Shown here in pieces: positions 38,996 through 52,113 of a DNA stretch of 64,000 bases. The notes below the pieces were generated by a model that saw only the letters and a program-made list of their open reading frames with translations, searched no databases and was not told the DNA's origin. Every line of letters begins with the position of its first letter. Position 1 is the first letter of the stretch. The stretch comes from Heterodontus francisci (lineage: Eukaryota): NCBI RefSeq assembly GCF_036365525.1, contig NW_027141363.1, positions 434,001 to 498,000 of the forward strand, read 5' to 3'. A program made the position numbers and the translations under genes.

Positions 38996-40086
38996 CTTTC
39001 ACTACAACTTGTTCTCTTAATAGACACAGGAGTGAGATCAGGAGCTTAGAGTCTTGTAACGGTCCAAATCCACTCTTTTCAAATCATTGGGAGGAACATG
39101 AAGAGCATTAGGATGTGATACAATGTTGGAGACGCCCATTCACCCAGTTCAACAAATCAGAATTGAATTGGCTGCCATTCTGCTTCTCTCTCTCTCTATC
39201 TATCTCTATCTCAGTTTACCTTCCGCTCTCTTGCACTCTCTCTCTGTCTCTCTCTCTCTCTCCCCTCATGTGTCTAGGTTTATGTCTCTCACTCTCTTCC
39301 TTTCTCAGACTCTCTCTCCCTCTCTAACTCAGTTTATCTTCACTCACTTTCTCTCTCTGACTCTCTGTCTCCTCATGTATCTAAGGTTATGTCACCCATT
39401 CCCTCCTTCTCTCTCTCTCCCTCTCTCTTACTCTTCTTATCTCTTCAGTTTTTTTCCCTCTCTCTGTCTCTCTCTAGATCTATCTCCCTATCTGTCGCAG
39501 GTTCTTTATCTCAGTCACTCTTTCTCTCTCAGTGTCTTTCTCTCTCTCATTATGTGTCTCTTGCTGTCTCACTGTCTTTGCCTCTATCTCCGTCTCCCTC
39601 TCTGTCTCAGTCTCTTTAACTCTACCTGTCGTTTTTCCTCTCTCTCACTAGATCTCTCTCTCACACACACATACACTCTCTTTCTCTCTCTAACGAAGTG
39701 GGTGTCCTTGTCCTGTTGATGTGTATCAAGCTGGATCTACATGATCTCCTGCTCTTTCAGTTTTCTCACTAAATCCTTCTCAAAGCCATTGTCCGGTCCA
39801 TGGTGCTGGATCCCCCTCTGCTGTCCCTGTGGAGAAGGTAAACACAGGGCCAGTGCATAAAAACCCAGATTATTGTCATTGATTCCTGATAGTTACATTC
39901 TGACATCTCGTGACATCCTTATGAATCGTTCATTGCACCCTCGGCAGTACCTGTAAATCTAGTGTGTCACTACAATCATAACTCAACTCTTTTTATTGCA
40001 ATAAACACTGTCACTCTGAATAAGGGAACAGTAGGTCAAGGTACCGAGCAATTTTATCTGAAACAGGTGTTTCCTGCTGCCTTTGT

Positions 40087-40208
40087 TTTTTTTGTTGAAC
40101 TGCTCCATCTCTCTGAGTCACTGTGATCTCTCCAGGCACAGAAATACACGGCCGAGTGATTCTCCCGCAGGCTGGAGGTCTCCAGTTTGAAGTTGTATTT
40201 ATTTAGTC
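40087..40208 (-). pseudogene. TRBV: 5'-truncated TRBV30-like V remnant with retained 23-RSS
   Basis: Encodes RLNKYNFKLETSSLRENHSAVYFCAWRD, then CACAGTG (40125-40119), 23 bp and ACAAAAAAA (40095-40087). The upstream part is replaced by CR1 sequence. Confidence 0.9.
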
Positions 40209-40209
40209 T

Positions 40210-40540
40210 TTGGGAGTAGATAGAGAGAAACTATAACCGCTGGTTTGGGAATCTAGGACTAAGAGGCAAAGACTAAAAATTAGAGCCAGACCTTTCAGGA
40301 GTGAAATTAGGAAACACTTTTACACACAATGGGTGGAGAGGTTTGAACTCTCTTCTGCTCACGGAAATTGATGCTGAATCAATTGTTAATTTGAAATCGG
40401 AGATGAATAGGTTTTTGTGATCCAAAATATATTCAGGGATATGGGGCAAAGGCGGGAATATGGAGTTAGATCACAGATCAGCCATGATCTCATTGAATGG
40501 TGGTACAGATTTGAGGGGCTGAATGGCCTCTTCCTTTCCC
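40210..40540 (+). mobile_element. CR1 3' fragment abutting the V remnant
   Basis: VDREKL.PLV.ESRT and RKHFYTQ motifs with a CR1-type 3'UTR. Confidence 0.8.
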
Positions 40541-40664
40541 TGTCTTTGTCTCAGCAGTTTCTGCTGACAGTGAATTCTGTATTTTGGGTAAAGAATTCTC
40601 GTGAATTCCCCACCAGATTTCAGTTTATCGCAGCTTTTATTCTCTGTTTTATTCCTATCCACTT

Positions 40665-42810
40665 CGTCCCCTAGTCTTTGTACAATCAGCTAATGGGAAC
40701 AGTTTTTCTTTGTCTACTTTATCTAAACCTCTCTTCATTTTGTACACTTCTATCAAATCTCCCCTCAATCTCCTTTGCTCCAAGGAGAACAACCCCAGCT
40801 TCACCAACCTAACCATGCAGCTAAACTCTCTCATCCCTGGAACCATTCCAGTAAATCTCCTCTGCACCCTCTCAAGGACCCTACATCCTTCCTCAAGTGT
40901 GGTGACCAGAACCGGGCTCAGTACACAAGTTGGGGCCCAACCAGAACCTCATATATGTTGAGCATGCCCTCCCTGCTTTTGTACTTTATACCTCTATTCA
41001 TGAATCCCAAGATCCCATAAGCTTTGCGAACCTCTCTCTCAATATGTCCTGCCAACTTCAAAGATCTATGCACATTAAGCCCCAGGTCCCTCTGTCCTTG
41101 AACACTCTTCAGGCCTGTGTCATTAAGTCAGTATTTCCTCTCTGTCTCCCTTCTGCCAAAATGCATCACCTGATAGCAATGTAGTTCACTGTTAACTGCC
41201 TCTGAAATGGACTAGCAAGTCACTCAGTTAAGGGAAATTCAGCATAGGTAATGAATTCTTGCCTTGTCAGTGATGTGCGCATCCCTGAATATGTGTTTTT
41301 ATATAAAATGTCTCCTTCTTCATTTTTCTTTCACTGTTTTCTCACTTTGCTTCCCCTCTTTACTTCCTTCAGATCATCTGTTTTTGTATATCACAAGTGT
41401 TGGTCAAACCAGTGACTATGAACGAGCAGACTTGGGGAAATCCAGTTGTCTATTTTGTGTGGAATGGTTATGATTTGAATCTGTTTCAGAGTTAGTGGAA
41501 TTGACTATTAGGTAGATGGGTCAAGTCACTGCTGCATTGCTCAGTCAGTCTTGACAGAAGCAAGTTGGACTCAGGCTGCGGTGGAGCTCCATCCCCACCT
41601 CGTGGCTGTCATGTGTAACTACAGGCACCTGAGATTTGCAAAGTGCAATTGATAAAATAGGCATTATGAAGACATGCTTTGAAATTGCTCCGTCTTCCCA
41701 TTTTTTATCCATTGCTTCGGCTGGTGACGCTGGTGACATCGAATTAGATAGAAGATGCAGCATGGATTCAGGCTATTCGGCCCGATGGGACCATGTTCCA
41801 GACTAGCCTGGGGCAGATGGTGGTGTACTTGTCATGTCACTGAGCTGGTAATCCAGAGAATGGGGCTAATCTCCAGGGGACATGCGTTCGAATCCCACCA
41901 GGTCAGATGGTGGAATTTAAATTCAATTAATGAATAAATATAATTATTTCATCAGAAAATCTGCAATTGAAAGCTAGTCTCAGTTAAGGGGCCCTGTCAC
42001 CCAGCTGGCTCACTCATGTCTTTTAGGGAAGGGAATCCGCCTTCCTTACCTGGTCTGGTCTACATGTGACTCCAGACCCACAGAACACAAGAAATAGGAG
42101 CAGGTGTAGACCATATATCCCATCGAGCTTGCTCCGTCATTCAATACAATCATGGCTGATCTTGGGCTTCAATTCCACTTTCCTGCCTACTCCCCATATC
42201 CCTTGATTTCCTGAGGGATCAGAAATCCCAGCCTTAAATGTATTCAATGAAGGAGCATCCACAACACTCTGGGGTAGAGAATTCCAAAGATTCACAACGC
42301 TTTGAGTGAAGCAATTTCGCCTCATCTCAGTTCGGAATGATTGATCCCCTGTCCTGAGATTTCTCATTACCTCCTTTTTTGAAAAGCCGTGTAACATTTG
42401 TCAGCATTCAATCCGATGGCACCATTCCTGAATCTAAGGAATTCTGGAAAATCATAGCCAGTGCCTCCACTATCTCTGCAGCTATCTCTTTTAGAACCCT
42501 GGGATGTAATCCATCTGCTCCAGGGGACTTGTCAGATTTTCATCCCTCAAATTTCTCGAACGCTTTTTCTCAATTGATATGAAAATCCTTAATTTCCTCA
42601 CTCTTTTTAGCCCCCAGATAACTTCCTATTTCTGGGATGGAACTTGTGTCTTCAACTGTGAAGACAGACACAAAATATTAGTTCAATTCCCCCATTCCCC
42701 ATGATAATTTCTCCTGTCTTTACCTCTAAGGGGCCAACATCAACTTTAGCTACTCTCTTACTTTTTATGTAAAAGCTCCTACCATCTGTTTTTATATTGC
42801 TGGTTAGCTT
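40665..42810. repeat. ~2.1 kb duplicated block, copy A (minus-strand CR1 fragments, SINE, unique spacer)
   Basis: Near-identical to about 46850-48975. For example, ORFs 41545-41763 and 47715-47933 match. Confidence 0.9.
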
Positions 42811-43423
42811 ATTCTCACATTTTATTCCCACATCCGATAAAAGAACATAAACAATGTCTTCATCCAGCCCTATCAGTATGAGGTGCTATTTCCTGCTCCC
42901 TAATGTTTTTATCCAGCATCTATTTACATATATCTGGTTATACACGTCATTTATTTCTGTGTGCTAGTGAATTCCACATTCTCACCACTCTGTGTAAATT
43001 CATTTCTTGGAGTTATTAGTGAGTATGATGTATTAATGACCTTCCCTACAAGTGCAGACATCTTCTCACCTCTACCCTATCATATTCCTTCATAATCTTG
43101 AGCACCTCTATCAGGTCACCCCTCAGCATTGTCCTCAGCACTTCAGGTGTCGTCTAAACAAAGTATATAGAGCTGAGAATTGTGCACAGTGCTCCAGGTG
43201 TGGTCAAACCGTGGTACGGGTTGAAGAGCTGTTCGATGAACCATTATACAGGTGTGGGCAGAGACAGTGTGTGTTGTCTGTCTGGAGGTTGTGGGGAGTT
43301 AGAACATGGGCGTTCTGCCACTCGAACGGGCACTGAACAGATGCAGATCCGCATCCGATCAGCCAGGGCTGCTCTTCACCGAATGCTGGGTTAAATGCAC
43401 CCGTTTGAAGGGAGACGTGTGAG

Positions 43424-43462
43424 GGTTTTTGTCAAGGCGGCCAATGACTCTGAACCGCTGTG
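43424..43462 (-). other. 23-RSS of V2
   Basis: CACAGCG, 23 bp spacer, ACAAAAACC. Confidence 0.95.
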
Positions 43463-44196
43463 TCCCATCACCAGCTGCACAGAAATACACCGCCTCGTCC
43501 GTGGCGTTCACACTCTCCATCGTCAGAGTGGATTTCTTATTGTCCAGAGTCCTGCTAATAACAAACCCGCTCTTAAAACCCTCTTCATACTGAGGTTCAT
43601 TGCTTAGAAAGTTAAACCCGATTAACAGGAATCCTCTGCCGGGGGACTGACGATACCAGTACATGTAGTCGCGAATCTTTCCTTTCTGCAGACAGTTCAT
43701 TTCCACTGATCCTGGTTGTTTAACAGCCAGTGACTGAGGCCATTGATGTATCACATCACCCCGGCAAACACCTAGAAAGAGAAATTAGAGGGAATGAACT
43801 AGTATCGATGGAGTTACAATTGCGACGATGGACGTCGGTGTTGCACCAAATTAACGACGGAAATTCGGTCTGTGTCCTAATTTCCGACAAGCACCTGGAT
43901 CTTTACAAATGTAAAATAGAATTGTGGAATCCACAAGTTTGCAAGTGGGTGCAAACATTAAAGAGTTAACATCATATTAATAACACTTGTCTTCCCAAAC
44001 TAGGGGACAGATTAATGAGTTCACTGTCTTGTATGAAATAATCGATTACTGATTTCACAAGTCACCACCGCTGAGTTTTATTAAGATCATTGATCATCCC
44101 TTTCAGTTGATCAAATGTAGAAGAGTGATTGGGACAGAATTTTAACCTACTCAGCCCCAGAAGGGAAATAACAAAGACGATGAAACTGAAAGGCAT
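43463..44196 (-). CDS. TRBV: TCR beta-type V segment V2; leader 44196-44151, V exon 43771-43463; apparently functional
   Basis: Leader MPFSFIVFVISLLGL with GTAGGT donor, phase 1. V exon DVIHQWPQ...MNC...MYWYRQ...DEAVYFCAAGDG. 23-RSS. Confidence 0.9.
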
Positions 44197-45228
44197 GTTT
44201 GCGGTGGATCTGAGAGACTTTCTGCTGGTTACTCTGGGTTTTAAGGGAGGGAGAGAGATGAGGTGTCGGCAGAGCGGATCGTCATAAGAGGAAGTTATCT
44301 CAAGGCAATGATCCCCGCCCCTACCTTTAAGTTGTCCCCCATTCTTTCGTTTGCTTCCTTCCGCCCCTTTCCACTTTTTTCTTCTCTCCATTTTCCTCCT
44401 TCCACCCCACTTTCCACTCCTCTGCAAATATCTTCACTCTCTTCCCTTTGTGAGATTGCTTTCATGCCGAGGCGAGGGGAACTGTGTTGGAGAAGGTGGG
44501 TGAAAATACAAGGGGCGGTGCAACGAGAGCTGCTTTGGGTGTCTCCAGAGGTAGCGGTGCAGAACAGGGGATTATTAACATCCTTTTGCAAATTAAAATC
44601 AGTAGTGGAGGAAGAGAAGGTGGATAGTTCGATGGCAGCGGAGGCGGTTCATGTAACATCACTGTAAAGTGGAAATCTCACTGCATTTAGCATTGAAAGT
44701 GGAAAGATTGCAGAAGCAGAGGAATTGGCTCATTGATCAGCGGCGCCAAAGGCTGTGGTGGCGCGAAATACCGTGGAGCCATAGCGCCGACCAGTGGCAG
44801 CATTGTGCAACTGCAACAAGCTGTGTTTGTTACTTTCCCAGTGAAACCCATTGCTCTTTCGGAGAGCCAGTGCAGACACGATGGGCCGAATGTCCTCCTC
44901 CTGCGCTGTAACAATTCAGCGATTATGAATGTCGATGACAACTGGCAATATTTTGATTTCAATTGTTAACCAGATGATCAATATTGTGTAATATTTCTGA
45001 TGGATTCAAATGTTACAGGATGATATTCTAAGATACTAAGATGTATCTATCCATTGGTCTGTTTATATCTCTGTCTTTCAGGCTACCGAGCCATCTATTT
45101 ATCTCTATAAGAGCTGGTTGGCAGCTGAAAGATACAGATGTAGACTCGCAAAGGCAACCAGACAAAGTCAGACCCCGAGACGGCGAGGAGATGAACAGAA
45201 GAGGATAGCTGTAGCAATGAACCTGAGT

Positions 45229-45267
45229 GGTTATTGTCATAGTGTGGAAGGGGTTTGAAGCATTGTG
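45229..45267 (-). other. 23-RSS of V3
   Basis: CACAATG, 23 bp spacer, ACAATAACC. Confidence 0.93.
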
Positions 45268-46073
45268 CTCCTTCAGTGGCGGCGCAGTAATACATCGCCC
45301 TATCTCCGGGGCCTGCAGTCTGAATTTTCAGAGTGCTCCTTTGAATGTCAGCTCTCACCACCTCGAATCGCCTCTCGAACTCTTCCTGGAAAGTAGGCTT
45401 GCTCCCAGACACGTCCGTCACCAGAAGCTGGGGGCCTTGCCCGTGGTGCTGGCGGTACCAGAGCATGGTGATGTGCTCCGTGTCCTTCTGCTGACAGGTC
45501 AGTGTTGCGCTCTCCCCATGTCCCACAGTCAGTTCACTGGGTGTCTGGGACACTGAGGCACATCGACAACAATCTAGGGTAGTGGGAAGGGAGGAAGAAA
45601 GGAAAGGGTCCAAGATTCAGTTAACGCAGCCACATCAGGAAAAGTCTGCAGTGCATCCCAGTGCATTTTCTGATCGAATATGAGCTCAGACAATCATCCA
45701 ACATGTGAAGGAGGCCGTTCATCCCAGCAGGCCTGTGCTAGCTCTTTGAAAAAGCTATGCAATGAGTTCATTCCCCAACTTTTCTCATCTCAATTTAGTT
45801 TTAAATGTAATTTATTCCAGTTTTCTAAGAATAAGAGTGAGGTCCTGTCTGGCAGATCATGCACCGGTTATAGAAGCAAATATCAGTGCAAAGTAACTCA
45901 ATGTCTGTTTCTATATGAAGGGGACAATGACAACATCAATGAACGATATTACATACGGATCATTAAGTGTATTTCTTAAAGAAACTCAGGTTAAATGAAA
46001 CAATAGTAGCATTCTGAAGTTACTTACGCGGCATCAGCAATGAAAAGGCCCAGAGCAGGAGTTTGAATTCCAT
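45268..46073 (-). CDS. TRBV: TCR beta-type V segment V3 (resembles the TRBV20/29 group); leader 46073-46028, V exon 45573-45268
   Basis: Leader MEFKLLLWAFSLLMP with GTAAGT donor. V exon SVSQTP...LTC...TMLWYRQ...GSKPTFQEEF...DRAMYYCAATEG. 23-RSS. Confidence 0.9.
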
Positions 46074-46849
46074 CTTCGTGAGGTAACCAAGATGTGGTCT
46101 GGCAGCAGGAGAGGTGGGAAGAATGTGGCGCCTCTTGTTGAAGACATGGGGGAAAAAGTGCAACATAGACGACTGGAAATGGCGTCACGGATATTGCAAG
46201 CCTGAAAGTAAGGGAGAGGAAGTGAGTTATCATGGCAGGGGATTGCTTCAACTGTTGAGCTTCCAGTCCACGGTCATCTGAGATTGAAGTGTTGTTAACT
46301 CACTCAGATCCTCGTTCCACAAAAGAATTGTGGGGCAAGAGTGGAATTACTTCTATTTCATTCAATGGGTTGAGTAGGGTCCACGGTGTGATCAGGTATT
46401 AGTTGGTATAGGGGAGCCCAGAGCAGGAGTTGCTGAATAAAATAACGCCTACAAACGTGTGATCAGAGCCATCGATTTAAAATAAACCACAGTTATTCTG
46501 GGAGTCGATTGCAGATCTGTCAGCGAATTCTAAAATATTCTATTAGCAATAGCATATGTGAACAGGAATGCGAGGAGGGCAGAGTCAGAACAGCAGAGGA
46601 GGAGCACGTTCGGCCCTTCGAGTCCGTGTGAGCTCTCTATACAGCAATCCAATTAGTCCCATTCCCCAAGCAAGTTTATTTCTCTCCAAGTTCACATCCA
46701 ATTACATTTTGAAATCATTCATTCTCTCTGCTTCCAGCATCCAGGTAGGCAGTGAGTTCCACATCATTACACCACGCTGCGTAAACAAGATATTCCTCAC
46801 ATCGCCCCTGTATCTCTTCCCAAAACCTTACATCTGTGTCCCCCAGTCC

Positions 46850-48975
46850 TTGTATCCAACAGCTCATGGGAACAGATTTTCTTTGTCTATTTTCTGCAAC
46901 CTCTCTTCATTTTGTACACTTCTGTCAAATCTCCCCTCAATTTCCTATGCTCCAAGGAGAACAACCCCAGCTTCACCAAACTAACCATGCAGCTAAAATC
47001 TCTCATCCCTGGAACCATCCCGGTAGATCGACTCTGCACCCTCTCAAGGACCTTACATCCTTCCCAAAGTGTGGTGACCAGAACCGGGCTCGATGCTCAA
47101 GTTGGGGCCTAACCAAAACCTCATATATGTTGAGCATAACTGCCCTGCTTTTGTACTTTATACCTCTATTCATGAATCCCAAGATCCCATAAGCTTCGTG
47201 AACCTCTATCTCAATATGTCCTGCCACCTTCAAAGATCTATGCACATTAACCCCCAGGTCCCTCTGCCCTTGAACACTCTTTAGGCCTGTGTCATTAAGT
47301 CTGTATTTCCTCTCTGTCTCCCTTCTGCGAAAATGTATCACCTGATAGCAATGTACTTCACTGTTAACTGCCTCTGAAATGGGCTAGCAAGTCATTCAGT
47401 TCAGGGCAATTCGGCATAGGTAATGAATACTGACCTTGTCAGTGATGTGCACATCCCTTAATATGTGTTTTTATATAAAATTCCTCCTTCTCCATTTTTC
47501 TTTCACTGTTTTCTGAATTTGCTTCTCTTTACTTCCTTCCGATCATCTGTTTTAGTATATCACAAGTGTTTGCTCAAACCATTTACTATGAACGAGCAGA
47601 CTTGGGGAAATCCAATTGTCTATTTTGTGTGGAATGGTTATGATTTTAATCTGTTTCAGTGTTAGTGGAATTGACTATTGGGTAGATTGGTCAAGTCACT
47701 GCTGCATTGCTCGCTCAGTCTTTACAGAAGCAAGTGGGACTCAGGCTGCGGTGGAGCTCCATCTCCACCTCGTGGCTGTCATGTGTAACTACAGGCACCT
47801 GTGGTTTGCACAGTGCAATTGATAAAATAGGCATTATGAAGACATGCTTTGAAATTGCTCCGTCTTCCCATTTTTTATCCATTGCTTCGGCTGGTGACGC
47901 TAGTGACATCGAATTAGATAGAAGATGCAGCACAGATTCAGGCTATTCGGCCCGATGGGACCATGTTCCAGACTAGCCTGGGGCAGATGGCGGTGTACTT
48001 GTCATGTCACTGAGCTGGTAATCCAGAGGATGGGGCTAATCTCCAGGCGACATGCGTTCGAATCCCACCAGGTCAGATGGTGGAATTTAAATTCAATTAA
48101 TGAATAAATTTAATTATTTCATCAGAAAATCTGCAATTGAAAGCTAGTCTCAGTTAAGGGGCCCTGTCACCCAGCTGGCTCACTCATGTCTTTTAGTGAA
48201 GGAAATCCACCGTCCTTACCTGGTCTGACCTACATGTGACTTGAGACCCACAGAACACAAGAAATAGGATCAGGTGTAGCCCACATATCCCATCGAGCCT
48301 GACCGTCATACAATACAATCATGGCTGATCTTGGGTTTCAATTTCACTTTCCTGCCTGCTCCCCATATCCCTTGATTACCTGAGAGATCAAAAATCCCAG
48401 ACTTAAATGTATTCAATGAAGGAGCATCCACAACACTCTGGGATAGAGAATTCCAAAGATTCACAACACTTTGAGTGAAGTCATTTCTCCTCATCTCAGT
48501 CCGGAATGATTGACACCTTATCCTGAGATTTCTCACTAGCTCCTTTTTTGAAAAGCCATGTAACATTTGTCAGCTTTCAATCTGATGGGACTATTCCTGA
48601 ATCTAAGGAATTCTGGAAAATTATCGCCAGCGCATCCACTCTCTCTGCAGCTATCTCTTTTAGTACTCTGGTATATAATCCATCTGTTCCAGGGGACTTG
48701 TCAGATTTTAATCCCTCAAGTTTCTCCAAGACTTTTTCTCATTTTATAAGAAAATCCTTAATTTCCTCACTCTTTTTAGGCCCCAGATAACTGCCTATTT
48801 CTGGTATGGAACTTGTGTCTTCTACTGTGAAGACAGGCACAAAATATTCGTTCAATACCCCTGCCATTTCCTCATTCCCCATGATGATTTTTCCTGTCTT
48901 TACCTCTAAAGAAACAACGTCAACTTTAGCTACTCCCTTGCTTTTTATGTAAAAACTCCTACCATCTGTTTTTAT
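46850..48975. repeat. ~2.1 kb duplicated block, copy B
   Basis: Direct repeat of about 40665-42810. Confidence 0.9.
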
Positions 48976-49815
48976 GCTCAACAACAACCTCAACAGGAAA
49001 AAGTCACCAACCAATTCAACGACAACGTCAGCAGAATGAAAACACCAACAACCTCAACAGCAGTAAAACACCAACTTGTTCAACAACAACCTCGACAGAA
49101 GAGATACACCAACAAATGCTGCAACTTCTATAGGATAAAATCATCAACAAATTCAACAACAACCTCAACAGTGGAAAATCACCAACAAATTCAACAACAA
49201 CCTCAACAGGATAAAAGCTCCAAAAAATTCAACAACTACCTCGACAGGAGTGAAACACCAACAATTTCAACAACAACCTCAACAGGAGAGAAACAACAAC
49301 AAATTTACCATCAACTTCAGCAGGATAAAATCAACAACAACTTCAACAACAACCTCAACAGGAGAGAAACACCAACAAATGCAACAACAATTTCAGTAGG
49401 ATAAAACACCAGCAAATTCAGCAACAACCTCAATAGGAGAAAAACACCAACAAATTCGACAACAACCTCAACAGGAGAGAAACACCAACAGATCGACAAC
49501 AACCTCAACAGGAGAAAATCACCAACAAATTCGACAACAACCTCAACAGGAGAGAAACACCAACAAATTCAACAACAACCTCAACACAGAAAATTATCAA
49601 CAAATTCAACAACAATTTCAGTAGGATAAAACACCAGCAAATTCAGCAACAACCTCAACAGGAGAGAAACACCAACAGAACGACAACAACCTCAACAGGA
49701 GAAAATCACCAACAAATTCGACAACAACCTCAACAGGAGAGAAACACCAACAAATTCAACAAGTACCGCAACAGGAGAAAAACACAAACAAATTTAACAA
49801 CATCTTCAGTAGGAT
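48976..49815. repeat. CAA-rich minisatellite, ~38 bp unit (aacaacaacctcaacaggagagaaacaccaacaaattc)
   Basis: Tandem degenerate copies visible directly. Confidence 0.92.
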
Positions 49816-51462
49816 AGATCAGAGCAAGCTAATGGGATGTTTTACACTAGCTGCACAGCTGTTTGATAGAGTACAAAGGGAGAAATTATTTCCCCTGCTG
49901 GAGCTTCAGAGAACAGAGAACTCAGATATAGGATCATGACTAACAGTTTCAGAGGGATAGATCAGGAGAACCTGTTTAAACCAGTGAGTTATAATATGTA
50001 ACACTCTGCCTGAAAGTGAGAGGGAAGCAGATTCAAGAGGAAGTTTCAAAAAGGCAGTTGGACAAAACCTTGAAGTTGAAACGAAATGCAGGGCGATTGG
50101 GGAGGAGCAGGGAGTGGGAGAAATTGAATAGGGGAGATGCAAAACTCTTTTGGGCCTCCTTATCTCGAGAGACAATGGATATGCGCCTGGAGGTGGTCAG
50201 AGGGTCACCAATATAAGGCAGTTACTAATAAATCCAATAGGCAATTCAGAATCAATGACTTTACCCAGGGAGTGGGGAGAATCTGGAACCCGCATTAACA
50301 GAGTGGGTTTAGGCCACTAGTGGAGATGCATTTAAGTGGGAGACTATATGAGGACATGTGGGATAAAGGTACAGAAGGAGGTGCTGATAGGGTAAGATGC
50401 AGAGGGATGGAAGGAGGATGATATGTGTTGCATTGGGTAGTTCTTTCGAACAGCCGGGCCAGGCTCAATGGGCTGAATGGCCTTTGCCTCTGCTGCATGA
50501 CTCTATAAACAAATAAGACGCATCAAGTTGCTTGTTTGTATTAGGCAGATCAAAATTAATTTCCCCTGTGCTAAACAACAATTCAAGGGTTATGTTTTAC
50601 ATTGGGGTGAAATCTTAGATACTTTGAAAAGCGACAGTGTCATGAAGAAGTGGGTTAACTGTTTTAAACAGATGCTCAAACTGCCGTCAGGAGGCAGGTG
50701 TTCCAGTGAGAGACCTATCTGGGGAGGTGTCTCACTTTTGCATTGCATGAATCATTGGGGACATGTACAACAGGGAGCTATGTGTATCTCTTGTCCTAAA
50801 CCACCGACAGCTCATTCAACAGGACCATGAACCCATTTACCCCACCTCGGAATCTGTTCTTTACAGGTAGAGGCTGCCTTAACGAGAAGGATCTGAGCAC
50901 ATTGCTGCAGCATTTTTAATAATTCATAATGTATTGATGTACCCTGAGTCGAAGTGGAGCAAGAAGATGAAACTATCAGTAAAATACAAATCATGATATA
51001 TCAATAATTAAACTGGTATGGTGTAAAGAATGGTGTTCGATAGATGATAAACGTCAGATATATGGTGGATGCATATTTAGAGAGGTGAGAGACAGATAGA
51101 TAGATAACTCGGTGACAAATATGTATATGATCGAGGTACATAGATAGACAAATAGTGCAATGTAAGNNNNNNNNNNNNNNNNNNNNNNNNNNNNNNNNNN
51201 NNNNNNNNNNNNNNNNNNNNNNNNNNNNNNNNNNNNNNNNNNNNNNNNNNNNNNNNNNNNNNNNNNNNNNNNNNNNNNNNNNNNNNNNNNNNNNNNNNNN
51301 NNNNNNNNNNNNNNNNNNNNNNNNNNNNNNNNNNNNNNNNNNNNNNNNNNNNNNNNNNNNNNNNNNNNGCGACACAGAAACCCGCAGATAGTCAGAGAGA
51401 CAGAAAGACACTGAGATAGACAGACAGGTTGATCTCCCACAAGTGCTTTCCTCACCCTTTAG

Positions 51463-51501
51463 AGTTTTTGCTGAACTCCGGCGCCTTTCTGAGTCACTGT
51501 G
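51463..51501 (-). other. 23-RSS of V4
   Basis: CACAGTG, 23 bp spacer, GCAAAAACT. Confidence 0.93.
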
Positions 51502-52113
51502 CTGACTCCAGGCACAGTAATACACGGCTGATTGATTCACCAACAGGCTGGAGGACTCCAGGTAAAAATGGGTGTTGTCGGGTCTCCTGGCGGTCAAACC
51601 GCCAACCTCTCTGGAGGGGGTGACCGTTCCGGCGGGGTAGGAATAGAAAAGGTTCTCGGGCTCACGGTCCGGATGCCATCGGGACCAGTAGAAAACAGAA
51701 CTAGCATCTGCCTTTGTGTAAACGCACTGGATCCTGACTGGAGAGCCCGGGGAATGGGATATGGAAGCGGGAGTCTGTTGGATCAACACGGCCTCCACAT
51801 CTGTAACACAGAGAGGGAGAGAGAGAAAGAGAGAGATAAAACCAGGGACAATGTATATATTCTTACCAACAAGAAGAGATAGAAGTGGGAAGAGAAAGAG
51901 AGATAGAGCGGTGGGTACCAGTTTGAGGCAGAGAGGCAGAGAGCGAGAGAGAGGATGAGAGACAGAGAAAGAAATATAGAGGGAGAAGGAGAGAGACAAA
52001 GACAGACAGAGACTGAGAATCAGAGACACATGTACATCATTGTAACCTCACAGTTCAGACACCTCCTTACCCGTTAACACCAACAACACAACCCAGAGCT
52101 GAGACACAGCCAT
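51502..52113 (-). CDS. TRBV: TCR beta-type V segment V4; leader 52113-52071, V exon 51800-51502
   Basis: Leader MAVSQLWVVLLVLT with GTAAGG donor. V exon VLIQQTP...IQC...FYWSRW...QSAVYYCAWSQ. 23-RSS. Confidence 0.9.

Noticed and set aside
49036-49404. Q/T/N-rich ORF
   Set aside because: Translation of the CAA-rich minisatellite.
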